A stretch of 64,000 nucleotides of DNA, taken from the NCBI GenBank assembly GCA_001244265.2, contig CDLV01000011.1, forward strand, positions 744,001 through 808,000. The letters run 5' to 3'. The stretch is from Microbotryum violaceum (Eukaryota). The notes under the pieces are model-generated. The model did not search any database. It had not been told where the DNA came from and worked only from the letters and a program-made list of their open reading frames with translations. Of the stretch, positions 24,487-38,493 are shown in pieces. Every line of letters starts with the position of its first letter. Position 1 is the stretch's first letter. Both the position numbers and the translations under genes were made by a program.

Positions 24487-26975
24487 TCAAGCTTTGCTCG
24501 GCTTCCCATTCAGAGCTTTGGGGTTAACCCCCTTCTTCTTCAAATACCGTTTCTGCGACTCCATGATCAGAGCCTCGTCCTGCTCATCATCGAACTTGGG
24601 CTCTCCCTTGCCATCCTCATCCTCGTCCTCTTCTTCTCCCAAAGGCTTGTACTCGCTCACTTCATTCTCCTCCTGTTCGGCCAAAGCGATCGCCTTCTTG
24701 TCCGGTTTGCCGACTTTGAACTTGGCGACGTAGAAACCGTCCATGTTGTGAACATGGGGGTAGAATCTTCTCGTGAGATGCATATTCTTGCCGAATACTT
24801 TGCCCTTGTACGACTTGAAGCCTTCTTTACCGAACTGAAGACCCGTTTCCACCAATTTGACGTGGGGACGTTTACGCAAGGCGTAAGAAACGACGGCTTC
24901 GTTCTCTTCCGTCGTGACGGAGCAAGTCGAGTAGACGACGTAGCCTCCCTTTTCGGAATTGGGGGAAACGGAATCGATCGCGCACAATACGAGTTGTTTT
25001 TGGAGATGCGACAAGAGCGTAAAGTCCCTTTCAGTCTTGTTGATCTTGACCGATTGATCCTTGGAGATCACACCCGTTCCCGAACAAGGCGCATCGAGCA
25101 AAACCCGATCGAATCCACCGATGATGCGTGGGAATTCACGACCGTCGACGTTGGTAATGACGACGTTACGGCAACCCAATCGAGCGACGTTACCACCGAG
25201 ACCCTTGATGCGACCTCGACTCGAATCATTGGCCCAGACTTCTCCCGTGTTGCCCATCAAAGCGGACATGTACGTCGTCTTACCACCCGGTGCGGCAGAC
25301 ATATCGAGCACGCGTTCGTGGGGTTGGGGATCGAGAGAGATGACGGGGAGGAAGGACGAAGCGGATTGGAGGATGTATTGACCCGAGAGGTATTCGGGCG
25401 TCGCTCCTACGGGAACTCCTCCGCCGGAGAAGACTTGAAGACCGACTTTTGACCACCCGCCTTCGAGCGGCTCAAGGTTAACTCCGCGGTTGATCAGGGC
25501 TTGGGCGAGGTCACGTCGCCGGGTCTTCAGGGTGTTGACTCGGATCGTCAGAGGTCGAGGGGTGTCGGAAGTGTTGAAGAATTCGAGCGCCTAGAGGGTG
25601 CGTCAGAACCTGGTGAGCTGGAAACCGAGGAGCACAAGTGGCAATCGCTTGACTTACCTCGTCGACGGGGAAGATCTCGAAAAGCTTTTCAGCAAGGTAC
25701 GGGGTGTACCCGTGGTACTGACAAATGTCGCCGATGATCTGCTCGACTAGATCTGACCGGGACCTGTTCGATGTTTGGAGACAGCCTCAGGGCAGGTTTC
25801 GACCTTGTCGAGATAGGAGAAAGCAAAAGGACTCACTTTCCAGTCGCCTTGCCCAACTCCTTCCAATTGCCCAACACTCGAGCAGCACTCCTCATCCTCC
25901 GCTCAACCGCTCGCAGATCCTCCAACGGGCCTCCCTTGAGCGCCGAAGGCCCAGTCTCGTCCTCGTCATCCTCATCCTCGAACTCGTCGGCATCATCCTC
26001 GTCCTCGCCCTCAGGTGCGGGGCGCTGTGCCGAAATTTTGGGCCCGGTTCGGTAGACGGGCTCGACGATGGGTGTCTCGTCGTCCGAGTTGTATTCGGCT
26101 GCTTTTTGAGCACGCTTGAGGGCTTTTTTGCCACTCGGTGCGATCTGCTCGGCCCTGAGTGAAATGAGCAGCAGCTTCGGGTTAATTTCTTGACGGTTCC
26201 AGAACGGAGATCTTTGGCCAAGGCTCACTCTTCGGCGGTCATCTGGTAGTCATCGAGCGTGACGCCGTTACCCTCGCCATCATCCTGGTCGCCTTCGTCC
26301 GATCCGAGTTCAAACTCGTCAAGTGCTCCGTCCTCGCCATCGTCGGTGTCGTCGGCTCGGTCCGCATCGAACTCTTCGTCGTCGTCTTCGGTTTGGTCGA
26401 CTTCCATACCGGGTTGGTTCAAATCCTCGTCGTTGAAGAGGGCACTGTGAGAACGCAAAGGGACCAATCAGCTCTTAGGAGGTTTGTCTCGCCGAGTCAC
26501 TCTCAAAAGCCAACCAGCCAACTGACGATCGAGCGGCTGCGAGCCCTTTGGCTTCCTCGACGTCCTCTCGGTCGTCGTCGTCCTCTTCGACCTCCTCGTC
26601 CTGCATTCCCCTAATGTCATCATCGTCGTCATCGCTCTCGCCCGCCTGTTGTTGCTGCTTCCTGCCCGTCCCGGTGCGGCTCTGGTTACCCGAAGCAGCC
26701 GAAGCCTTCTTCTTCGCTGCGACTTTGGCAAGCTTGGCAGGCGAGTCGACCTTGGCCCTCTTACTCGACGTGGGTTCCCCTCGTGCTGCTTTGGCTTCGA
26801 GGAAAGCCTTGCGCTTGCCCTTGTGCGCGCCGGAATGAGGATGAGCGGAAGAGCCTGCGAGAGGCGTCGGATCGGCTTGCTTCGTTCGTGCTTGACGACC
26901 CTGGAGGAGTGAGGAGCATGTTTTCATCGTCAGAACGAGGTTCATCGGGCAGAACAATGCTCGGCTACTGACCAT
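24487..26975 (-). CDS. NOP2: 25S rRNA m5C methyltransferase Nop2
   Basis: M|GRQARTKQADPTP start, acidic N-terminus, GATPEYLSGQYILQSASS, LDMSAAPGGKT, FDRVLLDAPCSGTG, VYSTCS, RRFYPHVHNMDGFYVAKF. Confidence 0.96.
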
Positions 26976-27475
26976 GATGTCTGAAATTGATGGGGTAGAG
27001 CAAGAGACGAGAGATAAAAGAGGTCGACTTGATCGCCGACGACGAGTCGGTCTGGTTCTGGTCTGCGAAGCTCCCAAGTCGCCACAGCTGGCAGGCGTTG
27101 CGCGCGCGTGCGAAGTCGGGGCAATTCCCATTTGACCGGACATTTGTAACTCACATTTGTTGCTAGTGCTCAGTTTCTCACCGATCTCACCGGCCCCACC
27201 GGCATCACTCGCCTTGACTCGCCCCCGCTCGTCTCCGCTCGTCATCCCAGCGCCTTGGCACGCCTTCGGACGCCGCTGCGCACTCGGTGGCACATCTCTC
27301 ATCCCACACGTGTCGTCACGTTCACCACCTCTGCTTAGCTTGATCCCAGAGCACCTGTGACGCGCTCCTGGGTGTTGGGCGTCCAGATCCGCAACGTTGA
27401 CAACTTGACAAGGCTCTGGGGCCGGTTCGTCACGTGAATTCATACTGAACCGAAAGGGGCAAGTTCTTGTCGACG

Positions 27476-29510
27476 ATGGCCCGCGATGCGACGCGACACC
27501 GGGCTCGGATCCTATGTGCGACTGCGGTCATACTCAACTGCTTGACCGCTGGATGTAAGTCCAGTCTTCGATCTATTCAGCATCGTACCGATCGGATCGG
27601 TGATTGGGCGGCGCGAGCTGACCTTTCCCCCACTTGCCACTTCGAACGTGTACCTCCCCCCTCCTGCGCTCATCTGTACCCTCAAAGCCATCTTTACCTT
27701 CCCATTGTTCGCCCCACCCCTCGCGCGTACCTTAGGTCTCACAGGGGCCCAAACGAACGCGCTCGCATCAGCCTCGATCCTCGGTGAATACGTCAGCGCC
27801 GGTCTGTTCGGCGCCTTGACGGACCGGGAAGGCCCCGGCGCGACCTCATTCGCCGCGGCGTGCTTGTTCGGATTGGGTTATGGATTGTTGGGATCGAGAT
27901 ACCTCGTTTCGGCCAAGATGGCCAGAGAGGGGATCGAGTTGCCTCAAGGCCAATGGATCGTGCGTTTCCTTCCTCACTCGAGGTATACAAGATCCTGAAA
28001 AAGTTGCGCAGACTTTGACCTGCTCATTCCTTTGTCGTCGCGGCGCAGTTCCTTTGCGCTTACTACTTCTTGGCAGGAGCTGGAACCGCAGCATCCTACT
28101 TTTCCGCCATCATAGCAGCGACCAAGTCGACTCCATCTCGGCACTCTGGTCTAGGTCCGATCTTTCGCGCCGTCCCCTTCCCCCTCGCGCCAGCACTGAC
28201 TATGTGACTTTTCCAACACAGCCATCGGACTGCCGTGTTCGATCTTTGGACTATCGCCTCTTTTCCTCTCGAGCTTGGCCCCTTACTTCACATCTCGAGC
28301 CTCCGAGCTGACCCGTGTCAAAGGCGTCAATGAAGAACTCGATCCTGGCAAATGGCTGCTTTTTCTTGCTGGCTTCCTCTTCCTCGTCAACCTCTACAGC
28401 TCGTTCACGTTGAAAGAGATCCCCTGCGAAGAAGAATTCGATCTTGCCGTGCAAGACTCGGGAACGGGCTCGATCGAAGCGGACTCGGGCGATACGCCGA
28501 GCGAACGTACTCGATTGCTCCCGTCGACGGTCGTAGATCTCGTGAGGAACGACGAGGACGACAAAGCCCCCACGCGTCAGTCGTTCAGCACTCTGTTGAG
28601 TACACCCACCTTTTGGCTCTTCGGAGCGGTCATATTCTTGGCAACTGTAAGTCGAGTATTCATGTTTTATCCAAGTCGAACTCTTACTGATCCGATTAGA
28701 GCAACCCTTTAGGGCCCTTGTGAAATGGTCATGGCGTCCTTGGGCGGAATCGTCGAGTCGCTGCTGGGCGTCCACACGCTTGGTGAGGAATCGTCGTCGA
28801 GCTCGCGCTCCAAGGCTTCGACAATCTTGGTCGCGCTCGTCTCGTCCCCGGTACTCAAGGGTGCCAGCGACATTCGAGCCCTAGCGTTGCGCAGACTGCA
28901 CGTCCAGATCTTGTCGGCGGCCAATACCATCTCGCGGCTCTTGATTGGATTTTTGTCGGACTGGCTGTCGTACGCCGCTGCGCCGCTCGTAGCGGACGAC
29001 GATTCGCCTCCCGGCTCCCCTCGACCTGCTTCGTCGATCCATCCTCGATCATGGAAGCGTCGGGTCCAGCTGTTGTTCCACGACCGACCACCACCTCGGG
29101 TCTCGCGACTCTTCTTCCTCGTCCTATCCTGCGTCGTGCTCGCTTTGTCCTTCTTCTACGCCTCTTCATCGCTGTCGGAACCTTCGGGTCTGTGGATCCT
29201 GACCATCTCGGTAGGATCGTGCTACGGACTCGTTTTCACCCTCGCACCGGCGATCGTCCGAGCGGTCTACCCCATCTCGGATTTTGGACGCAACTGGGGC
29301 GTGCTGTCGTTGTTCTCGGCCTGCGGTGCGAGCTTGTTCACGCCTCTGTTTGGGGTACTATTGGATCTGCAGAGGGAAAAAGAAGGGATTGCCGTGTGCG
29401 TGGGTACGGAATGCTTTGAAAAGATCTTTGTCCTGAGTGGGGTTAGTGAGGTGTTGGCGTTGGCGATCACGTTCGTGTTGTGGAAAGGATGGTGGAAGGG
29501 GATCGTGTGA
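27476..29510 (+). CDS. Mch1-like / nodulin-like MFS transporter
   Basis: IFTFPLFAPPL..TLGLTGAQTN, GEYVSAGLFGALTDREGP, LAIGLPCSIFGLSPL, ISRLLIGFLSD, GSCYGLVFTLAP, FGRNWG, CVGTECF. Confidence 0.85.
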
Positions 29511-29992
29511 AGAGGTGACCGCCTGAATAGATTTCGTATCGTGTACCTTCTTGTAGCTAGTGTTTACACACCGTTTAGCGGGGTCACAATTTTGCTTGTC
29601 TCATCGTTTTTGTAATCATCTTGGTCGATTTCGACATGCATAGAAGTCTGCTGTTCTGATCCCACTATGACCCGTGCGACATTGCTGCGCTTACGACCTC
29701 GAACGCGATTGAGCAGCTCTGCCGTGCTTCATATTACCCTACTGTACAGAGATCGCTGTCCATCGAGCAACACAGTTCATTCTCGACAGTCCGAGTATCC
29801 GAATCCGATCAGCTAGCTAGTTCCAGCAATCCTTCAACGCTCGATCGTTTCTTTTCAACTTAGGGTTCCTTAGTACTCGATTATGCCATCTCATCCATCG
29901 CTCCGGTTGTTCCTCGGGGAACCAAACTGAAATTCTTCATTCGATGATGGTTACATCCTATCGAACCCCGTCTCTACCCAACACCCCAACAC

Positions 29993-31536
29993 CTATGCGC
30001 CGACCGCGCCGACCTCCGCCTGCGTCTTCTTCTCCTCCTTGGCCAATCGTTCCTTCTCAATCCTCGGTCCATAACCATAACCCCTATCATAATGCAACTC
30101 ATTGATATCAACATTCTCCACGAATTCCCACCCATTCTCCTTGACGTGGAATAGGTTCACCGTGTTCCCTGAAAAGGCATCGCGATGACCGGCGGCGTAG
30201 ATCGAACGAAGGCCTAATTCGCGCGCGTCTTCGTCCGAAAGATCGTAGTGATACCCTTGATCGAGCACACCGTCTGGGTTGAAAAGAGAGGATCAGTTTC
30301 GATGGGGGTTCGTTTGGACCAGCACTCTTTCAAAGAAACAGGTGTACTGACAAGCGAACGTAGAACCGGAACCGACGGAGAAGAGATCGCCCTTCAACCT
30401 TGTCCCATCCGAATCGACGTAGAACAACGCCGGGCCGGTCTTGTCCCATCCGCAAATCATAGTACCCTACGTACGCCCACAAAGTTCAACCTTTCGCATA
30501 AGCGATCTAGTAACTCTTTTTTGAATGTGCATTTCACATAAAGGCGGGCGACTGACCATGCTGAGGCCCATGCCTTTGTAGCTGTAGACGAGGTTGCTGA
30601 GGTATTTGCTCGCGGCGGCGACCGAGATACGTTCCCGATTACGGAGTTCGTGTAGGCGGCATTGAATACCGAGGTATGTCTCCCAGTATTGGCAGTCGGC
30701 TGGGTTGAGAGGGGACATGAGGGAAAGAGAGGTCAGCAGATCGACAAGGGGTGTGATCAGCTGTCGATTGAACTGACCTGCACCGCCGGCCATTGTTCCC
30801 AACAGGTAAGGGTTGATCTCGATCACCTTCTTGACCGTTCCCGAAGCTATTATGGGTGCAAATGAGAAACGTGTTCAGATTGAAGCCTACCCCGCGTCCG
30901 AGAGATGTGCCAAAGAACTGACCGATGTAAGACCCAGCCGTTGCCCTCGAATCAACCGCAACGATAATCCCCCCCTTGAACCTGAACGCCAAGGTTGTGG
31001 TACCGTGGTTGATCTTGATTCGGCAGGAAGGGTCGGACGAGTCATCGGTGTGTAATTGGAGGAAAGCGGTTGGCTGAGGGTAGGGAGAGAGAGAGAGAGA
31101 GGGAAGATGACAAGTGTCGCGCGAGGCAAGGCGGGGTAGGGACGGACGCCGCGTCAGCTCTACACGCCATTCCGAGCTCGTCAAGCGGACCAGCAAACCC
31201 ACATCTTGCAAAGTCGGCAGATCGAACGAGGGCATAGGCATCTTCTCGATCCCTCGACCCATCGGCAACGCGTAACCGCCGTTGACGGGCAGAGTCTCTT
31301 GCTCCAACGCTGCCGCCGCTCGAGAGGTCGCAGTGGGCAGGCGGGAGAATTGGTCGACGAATTTGTTCTGTCCAGATTTGAGGGAGTAGATGGTGCGAGA
31401 TGTGGAACAGAGGTGCGGTGGGCGAGGACGAACGTTGTGAGCAGTTGATGACGCGGCGTGCCCAACAGGGTGTGGGGTACTTGTCAGCGCTGAGCGGTCA
31501 CAATCTGCTGTACCGAGACGGCCAAGAGCTTACCAT
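29993..31536 (-). CDS. PRE2: 20S proteasome beta5 (chymotrypsin-like) subunit precursor
   Basis: [29 protein letters not shown] processing site, [37 protein letters not shown]. The first coding exon appears to be ATG alone at 31534-31536. Confidence 0.96.
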
Positions 31537-31785
31537 TGTGAGGTAGGTTCGAGGCGGTGCACAGCGGCAGGGTGGTGTGTCAGAGACAAGGATGTGGCAG
31601 CGGGCAAAGTGGGGGCGCAGTCTAATGTAGGGCCGCGCGTCGTCGCAATTGAGCTCGGACCCATGCCCAGGCTGCAGTCTCAGCGCTCGGTTTGCAGTCA
31701 AAGCGATCGAGCACAAACATAGTCACACAATCGTACTTCAAAGAGCGTCATTGCCCTGCCTATGCTACAGGCACTATATCACCTC

Positions 31786-34700
31786 TCAATCCCTCCCCCT
31801 TCCCCTCCCTCTTATCCCTCTCGGCACCCACACCTGACCACCTCGACCTCTCGATCCACCACGGGAGAGATTAAAACCGCCACCGCCTCCACCTCGTCCC
31901 CTATACCCACCACCATAAGGTACTCCTGAATCTCCCGTCGACGAAGAAGTCAAAGTCGCTGCCCACGTCGGACCATTGACTCGTCTATCACTTGACCCCG
32001 ACCCGGATCCTGATCCTGCAACGGGAGGAGGGTGAAGAGGAGCTTCCCTCGCTGCGGGGGAGATGGACCAACCTCGCGTATGGGAGGAGCTGCCATTGTT
32101 GTTCATCGCTCGCGGGCCGGTGGGTACGGAATCGAGGTCGAAGGGACGAGTGGGTGGGGCAGGGCGAGATGAGCTGGGAGCATCTCGTGACGAGAGTGGG
32201 AAATTCGATGAGCTTGACGGCGATCGTTGTGGCGGCGACGGAGGCGATCGCGCACTCGTTGTGATGCTGGGTCGGGATCGATGACTCGACAAAGGAGGCG
32301 GCGGCGGCGGAGGTGGTGGAGGAGGACCTGGTGTCGAGCTTGACGCCGTGGCAGGTCCCCAGCGGGACGTCGTCGAAGGTACATCAAAGCGCGAATACCG
32401 CGATGATTCGAACGAGGCAGGCGTCGAAATGTCGAATCCTAATGCTGCACCACCTGAGGCCCCTACGACGGGTGAAGATGGATCAACGGCCGAGCTCACA
32501 CCAATGCTCGTTCGCCAACTCGGCATCGGTCGCTCTGGTGTGGGCGATCGACGAGGAGGCGACACATATGGAGCCGGAGGAGCAGGCGGTGACGGAAGAA
32601 CAGCAAGAGGCCTTGGTGGTGGCGGGGGAGGCGAAGGGGACACAGCTGCCGTGACTCGAAGAAGCGACTGCTGTGCCACCAAAGCAGGTGACCTCGATGC
32701 GAATGCAGGCGCAGGAGCGTTCGATTTGCTAAAGTAGTCGCCGATGCTCTTGAGGATGTCCTCTGCCGACGTGAACGATGGTCGAGAAGCTGGGGTCAAG
32801 GTAGCGAGGGTAGTAGCCGGCTCAGCACCTGCTGGGAGCGAAGGCGAGAAGACGGGCGCGGGCGCGTTTGAGATTGCCAACTCGGAGTTGCCGACCGAGT
32901 AAGGAGCAGGAGGCGGCGGCGGCGGTGGTAGCCTCGTCGTCGGGCTCGGCGCATCTTGCTCTTCCCCAGCTCCCGAAGAGCGACGCAAGGAATTGAACGC
33001 GGCGGCGACCGCGGCAGGCACACCCGTAGTCGAGCTCATGCCTGGGTTCAGCTCCCCCTCCTCGGTAGCGTGCACCGCTGCGCCAACCTCAGAAAGCGGC
33101 TGTACCACCACGGCAGGGAAAAGCAACGGGACCGTCTCTACAGCCGGACTCGAAACCAGTGGGACCGTTGCTGTCGAAGGCGTTGAGACTGCATTCTCGA
33201 CAGGCGTTACTGGCTCCGTCTGCTTCTGTGCCAATCGCTGACGATACGCGGCGAGGGACAAGCGCGCTCGCGGGACGGGAGGCGGCGGAGCCGGGTCTTT
33301 GGGCGGCGGTGTAGGCTCCTTGGGAGGTGGTGGCGTTGCTTCCTTGATCGGATCGACCTGCATCGTCGATTCAGCGGACTCTGAGGTGCCGGACCAGCGA
33401 GCCGGCGGTGGAGGTGGGGGCGGTAGTCGAGCTGGGCGGAGTCAAACAATACGGATGAGTCAGTGATGTGCTCTCTTCACAACAATGATGTTGATTGCTC
33501 TTACATAACTGGCCTTGCTCCGTCGGTAGAGGTGCATCCCGAGCCGAGTAAACCTCGACATCTTGATCGAACAACGGCAGTGGCTCCGAAGCCTTGGCGA
33601 TTCTGCCTTGGTCTCGTGGCTCGTCAGGGAGCGAAGGCGAAAGCTGACGACCTTGCTTCTTGTCCTGTTTCTCGTCCTTCTTCTTGCGCTCGACCTCTTT
33701 CGAAGACGAAACCTTTCGTTCGACTTCCTTTGCGGATCCACGCTTGGATTTCGTCAAAAGTTTATCGACGCCTTTCTTGGTTTCACGCTTATCGGCCACT
33801 ACCTGCTTCTCAACGCGTTTGCCCTCCGGTCGTCGTTTCTCGGGCTTCGATGGCCAGCTCTCGCGGATGATTTTGGTCTTGCGGCTGGGTACTCGAATCG
33901 GTTCGTCTTCCTCTTCGTCTTCCTCCTGATCATCGTCGAGATCATTGTTGGATTCATCGGACGAAAGGTTCGATAGAGGTTCTGTCAGGTCAGAGTCGTC
34001 GGTCAGATCGCCGTCCAGTGGGTCCGGCTTGCGATTGAGAGTTGCTTTGATTGAGGCGGGAGAATTGTCGATATCCATCGAGCCTGTAATTATACGAAAT
34101 GAGGATCTCAACGACCCGATAATTCAGATAACTTCTCGACAGCAACCAGCTGAACTCACAATTATGGGCCGTGACGAACGAATCATTCGCATCCTCGTCA
34201 TCTTCCTCTTCCTCCTCCACACTCCCCATCTCCACATCCCCCTCCTCGGCGCTCAATTCCGATTTCGTCCCACTGTCCAACTCTGACTCGTGCGTCAAAT
34301 CCGACAAAGCCTCGATCGACTCCCTCTCTCCCCGATCCCTCTCTTCATCTTGATCCTCATCTTCGTACACCGTAAGTGATTGAGGCATAGGAGGTGGTGG
34401 AGGGAAATCCGAGATGGAACTCTTGTTCGAGGAGGCTCGACCATATCGATTTGTCGTAGGGTAATGAGCAGGTCGTACGATCCATCCTCGTACTAGACCT
34501 AACAAAGGTCCAACATCGGGTTTCTTCATCCTTCGTCCCGGCTTCCCTGGGCCCATCACCAAGTCTCCCCCTACTGCATTCGCACCATACCCTGCCCCAC
34601 CAGCTCCAACCACTGCGAGTTTTCCATTAGGTTGTTGCTGAAATGCCTGCCCGCTCCCTAAAGCATTGAGCAAAATCATCGCGAACGGTTCACGCGGTTT

Positions 34701-37700
34701 GGCTAACGCCGCTTTGCTCAAAGGTAAAGACGCCGCTGCGCCTCGACACATCCAATGAAGAGCGCAATCCCGCTTCTTCTCGCAGGCGCAATGCGTCGTA
34801 CCCAAAATCGTATTGGTCACTTGGACCATCTTGCGTGAAAGAGGTTCTAGATCTCGTTCGTTCAATCCGGATGGGAGGGGAGGGGCTGACATGAGAGGAG
34901 GTAGAGCGTGTACGATATGCGAATCGTCCCAATCCCACGGGAGGACAATCTCTTCACGTCGGCCAATGTCGGCGGTCGCGAAGATACCAAAGATGAGCGT
35001 CGTCGAGAGGTCGCTGCATCTCTTTTGGTCCGTCCAAGGCGTCGATGCTCGCGTCGATCTACCGATACCGTTCAAAGCTGCGGCGGTTTCTTCGGCTCCC
35101 GCTTTGGAATCGCCATTCGTCGTCGTCGCTGAAGGTGACCCAGGCTGCATCGGTCCACCAGTATCCGGTGCGGGTACGATCTTGATCGCTTGTAAGACCG
35201 CATTCGGATGACACCCACTCCTCGCGAAACGGATTTCGTTACCGAACATCCTCGAGTCGATCGCCACACTCCAGGGGTAAGGTAAGCACCGTACACCTTG
35301 CTTCGGTACGCCCAAGGTGTCGTATTGATTGATGGGGTCGCTGCGGTACTGATCGAGGGAAACAATTTGGCCTCGAATGGGGGCGATGAAGGAGCCGGAC
35401 GAGATCGCGTTGACGGCGAAAAGGCCGTGCATCGTTGGGCGTGGGTAGGGACATGTCGGTGTTTGCGACGAGGTGGTAGCGTACGCTGCGACGGCGGGTG
35501 GATTAAGATGGAACGAGCTGGGAGGCAAGACCTTGACGGCGACTGAAGACGGATCGGGCAGTTCATCCAAGACGACGAAAGGGGTCGGATCGTAGAGCAA
35601 CGGTACGAGCGGGTCTTTAGAGTTAGGCCCATGCCGCGGTCGACTCGCCTCCTGCCTTTCACGCAACAACTCCAGTTGGGGCCGAAGCTCCTCCGGAACG
35701 GTTTCAAGTTCCTCGGACCCATCCATCATCGTGGCGTCAAGAGCGACGATCTCTTGCAGCCTTTGCACCAACGTATCATCCCTGATCAAGTCTCTTTCGA
35801 TCGGCGTGTATTCGTATCGCCATGCCTCGTATCGGTTTTCCTCTCCTTTCCCTCCCGTCGAGGAAAGGAAATCCTCGTCGTCTGAATTAGCAGCCGGCGT
35901 CTTGGTTCCGTTCGCCGTCGAGGGTCGAGGAGTGACGATCGAACTCCCATCAACGTACGAGAACGGTTCGCCGAAATAACCTGCATTCGGGCCGGACAAG
36001 ACGCCTGGGGTAGGTGGTGCCGAGACGTTCGGGGTCGATCCTGCTGAGGCTCGAGGTCCTCGCGTCGAACTACCTATCGGTGTCCCCGATGCCGAGTTCA
36101 AGCCGGATTGCTTCGTCTGACGCCGTTTTCGACCGATCGCATCGCGAGGCACCTGCCCTGGGGTGCTGGGGATCGAGGGCGTCGCTGCAGCTGCAGCCAC
36201 GGCCGCTGCTCTGGGTGGTCGAGAGGTCGAAGGGCCAGCGGGAGCAGAGGCGCCTTCGGTCATGGACGCAGCGGCATTGGGCTCGTACATCCGCATCGAA
36301 GCATCTGTCGTTGCGTTTGTACCGGTTGGTGCGGGAGGTATGGAATGCATTGAACCTCCCGATCTTCGAGGCTTGCCTCGTCCACCCCCTCCACCGCCAG
36401 TCGTTGCCGCCGTCGGTGCTGCAGCTGGTGTGACCACCGCGAAAGTAGGTTTCGACGGCTCCTCCTTTGTCATCGCCGGTAAAGGCGGCAACAGCTCTTT
36501 GGACCCAAAGAACTCGTCGAGGATTTGTTCGCTAGGTGTCATGGCCGTCAACGAGTTCAACAAGGCGTTGATGCCCGAGGGCGCTCTCGAAGGATCCATC
36601 GAGACCCTCCTTCCACCTCGATGTCCACCCCTTCCTCGGCCACCTCCTCCAACTCCATCACTCCAAGCAGGTGCATTCGCAATAGCAGCCGAAGGGTTCT
36701 GGGCCTCGTTCTCCAGCGTCTCCAATCGCTTCCTCATCCCTTCTTGGGCTTTGGCTCGATCGACGCCTCTGGATTCAGCGCCGAGGGGATCGCATCGCTC
36801 GCATCGGTACTCTTCGGGAACGTCATCCATCGAAATGATGACGCATGCGGCGTGTTGCCATACGTTGCAAGTGTCGCATTGAATCGTGAAGCCATCGTCG
36901 GCAGTATAGGGGCAAACGCAACGAATCACTGTGGGACACACGCATGTCAGGAGTGAGTCGTTAGCTTAGCTCGACCCCGAAGCGGTCTCAAAACCACTGC
37001 GTGACGACTGACGGCCACTGTCTTCGTTGACGGCCCAACTTGGGGGTCGTTTGGACCGCTTGGTGCCGCCGAGAGCAGCAGGGTTGGGCAAGACGACCTT
37101 GTTGGAAGGGAATTTGTTCGTCGGCGGGGTCGGGTTCCTCTGAGGTAGCGTCGGAAGCGGGGGCAACATGGGCAAAGTGGCACTGGCTCCTATCGGGCCA
37201 CCCAACAAGGACGTCAAACTGGCCTGTCCGGAACTGTCGGTATAGAGTTGCATCCCCGTAGAGGAGGCGGCGGCGACGGCTGCTTGTCCATAGCCAGCGA
37301 ACGACGAGGATAAGGTCCGCTTTCTTGCGGAGGGCCCGATGGACGAATTGGCAAAGGGCGAGTCGGAAGCATCGGACGTGTTGGAGGTGCGTGCCCGAGA
37401 CCGTTTGCCTAGTGTCGATTGGGATGGATTGGGGTCGGAGGGGAGCCATGATGCAGAGCTGCGGTGGGAGCTCGAGCTCGAAGGGAAGCCCCGGAGGTCG
37501 AACGAGCGCTGCGATGCGGCTGTGGCTGCCGTCGATGTCGAGGCTTGAGGTGAGGCAACGACATGGTCGAGCAAGGGCGGAAGTTGAGGTGGTGGTATCG
37601 AGGTAGCGTTGGCAGGGACGGTCGATACCAGAGACGACGAGTCCGAGTCCGAGGGGTGCGACTGAGGTGAGCCCGCGCGTGCGACCGCATCAAACAGGGC

Positions 37701-37871
37701 TGGGTCGAGTTGAATGTCGCCGGTGCCGGAATCTACAGCCTCGAATTGTACGTGGGTGTTTGAGGCGTCGTGTGCCGTTGATGTACGCGCTTCGAGGGTG
37801 GGATGTGCCGGCTCAGGAGCGTCGTCCTGGCGCAGAAAGGCGGCTTGCGACAAGAGATCCAACGCCGACAT
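31786..37871 (-). CDS. Set3/MLL5-like PHD finger + SET domain chromatin protein with long disordered regions
   Basis: PHD VIRCVCPYTADDGFTIQCDTCNVWQHAAC..EYRCERC. SET-like GLFA, IDSRMFGNEIRFARSGCHPNA, FGIFATADIGRREEIVLPWDWD; lacks the canonical NHS motif, as Set3 does. Pro-rich/RGG C-terminus. Confidence 0.85.
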
Positions 37872-38093
37872 GGCGACTGGCCCACCCTGCTATACTATGC
37901 TGACAGTGCATGAATCGTTGAGTCTCAGTACAGCTGGACCGCGTAGGAGAGGGCGACCGGGGTGGATGCGACGTGTGACTCACCTTGGCCTGGGCCGAGC
38001 TGGATCTATGCTCCAAACAAGAGGGCGAACTAAAGCCCAGAGGGTGCTCGACGGGTGACCACGCAAGCCTGAGCTGGATACGGTGGGGATGAG

Positions 38094-38135
38094 GAGCTGA
38101 GCTGCACGAGCTGAGCTGCACGAGCTGAGCTGCAC
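38094..38135. repeat. Perfect 14-bp tandem repeat (GAGCTGAGCTGCAC)x3
   Basis: Read directly; lies between the divergent Set3-like and PPR genes. Confidence 0.9.
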
Positions 38136-38493
38136 TGCCGTCGTCGTCAATTACCTGACTTGGCCCACCTCGGCGACGAAGGCGCGTGAGCAAGCGTTGT
38201 ACACCCGGTCGTCGACGGGAACGGGAAGCTGAGACGAGCGTCCAGGCCAGGCACGGCGAGCACTAACTCTTATAAGGCGCGCTCGGCGACCATTAATACC
38301 CGCGGGTTATTACAAATGCCGCGCTGATAATCGCACACCGTTGCTGGCCGACCTTCGCACGCGCTTCGCACGGGAGCGGCCGTCGTTCGTCGTCATCCCT
38401 GTCCCTTCCTCTACGCGTCGCTGGTTGGATCTCACCCGCACCGATTGCCGCAACTCGGTTCAGGCTACTGTCTCGAGACGTTCGCTTCCCACG

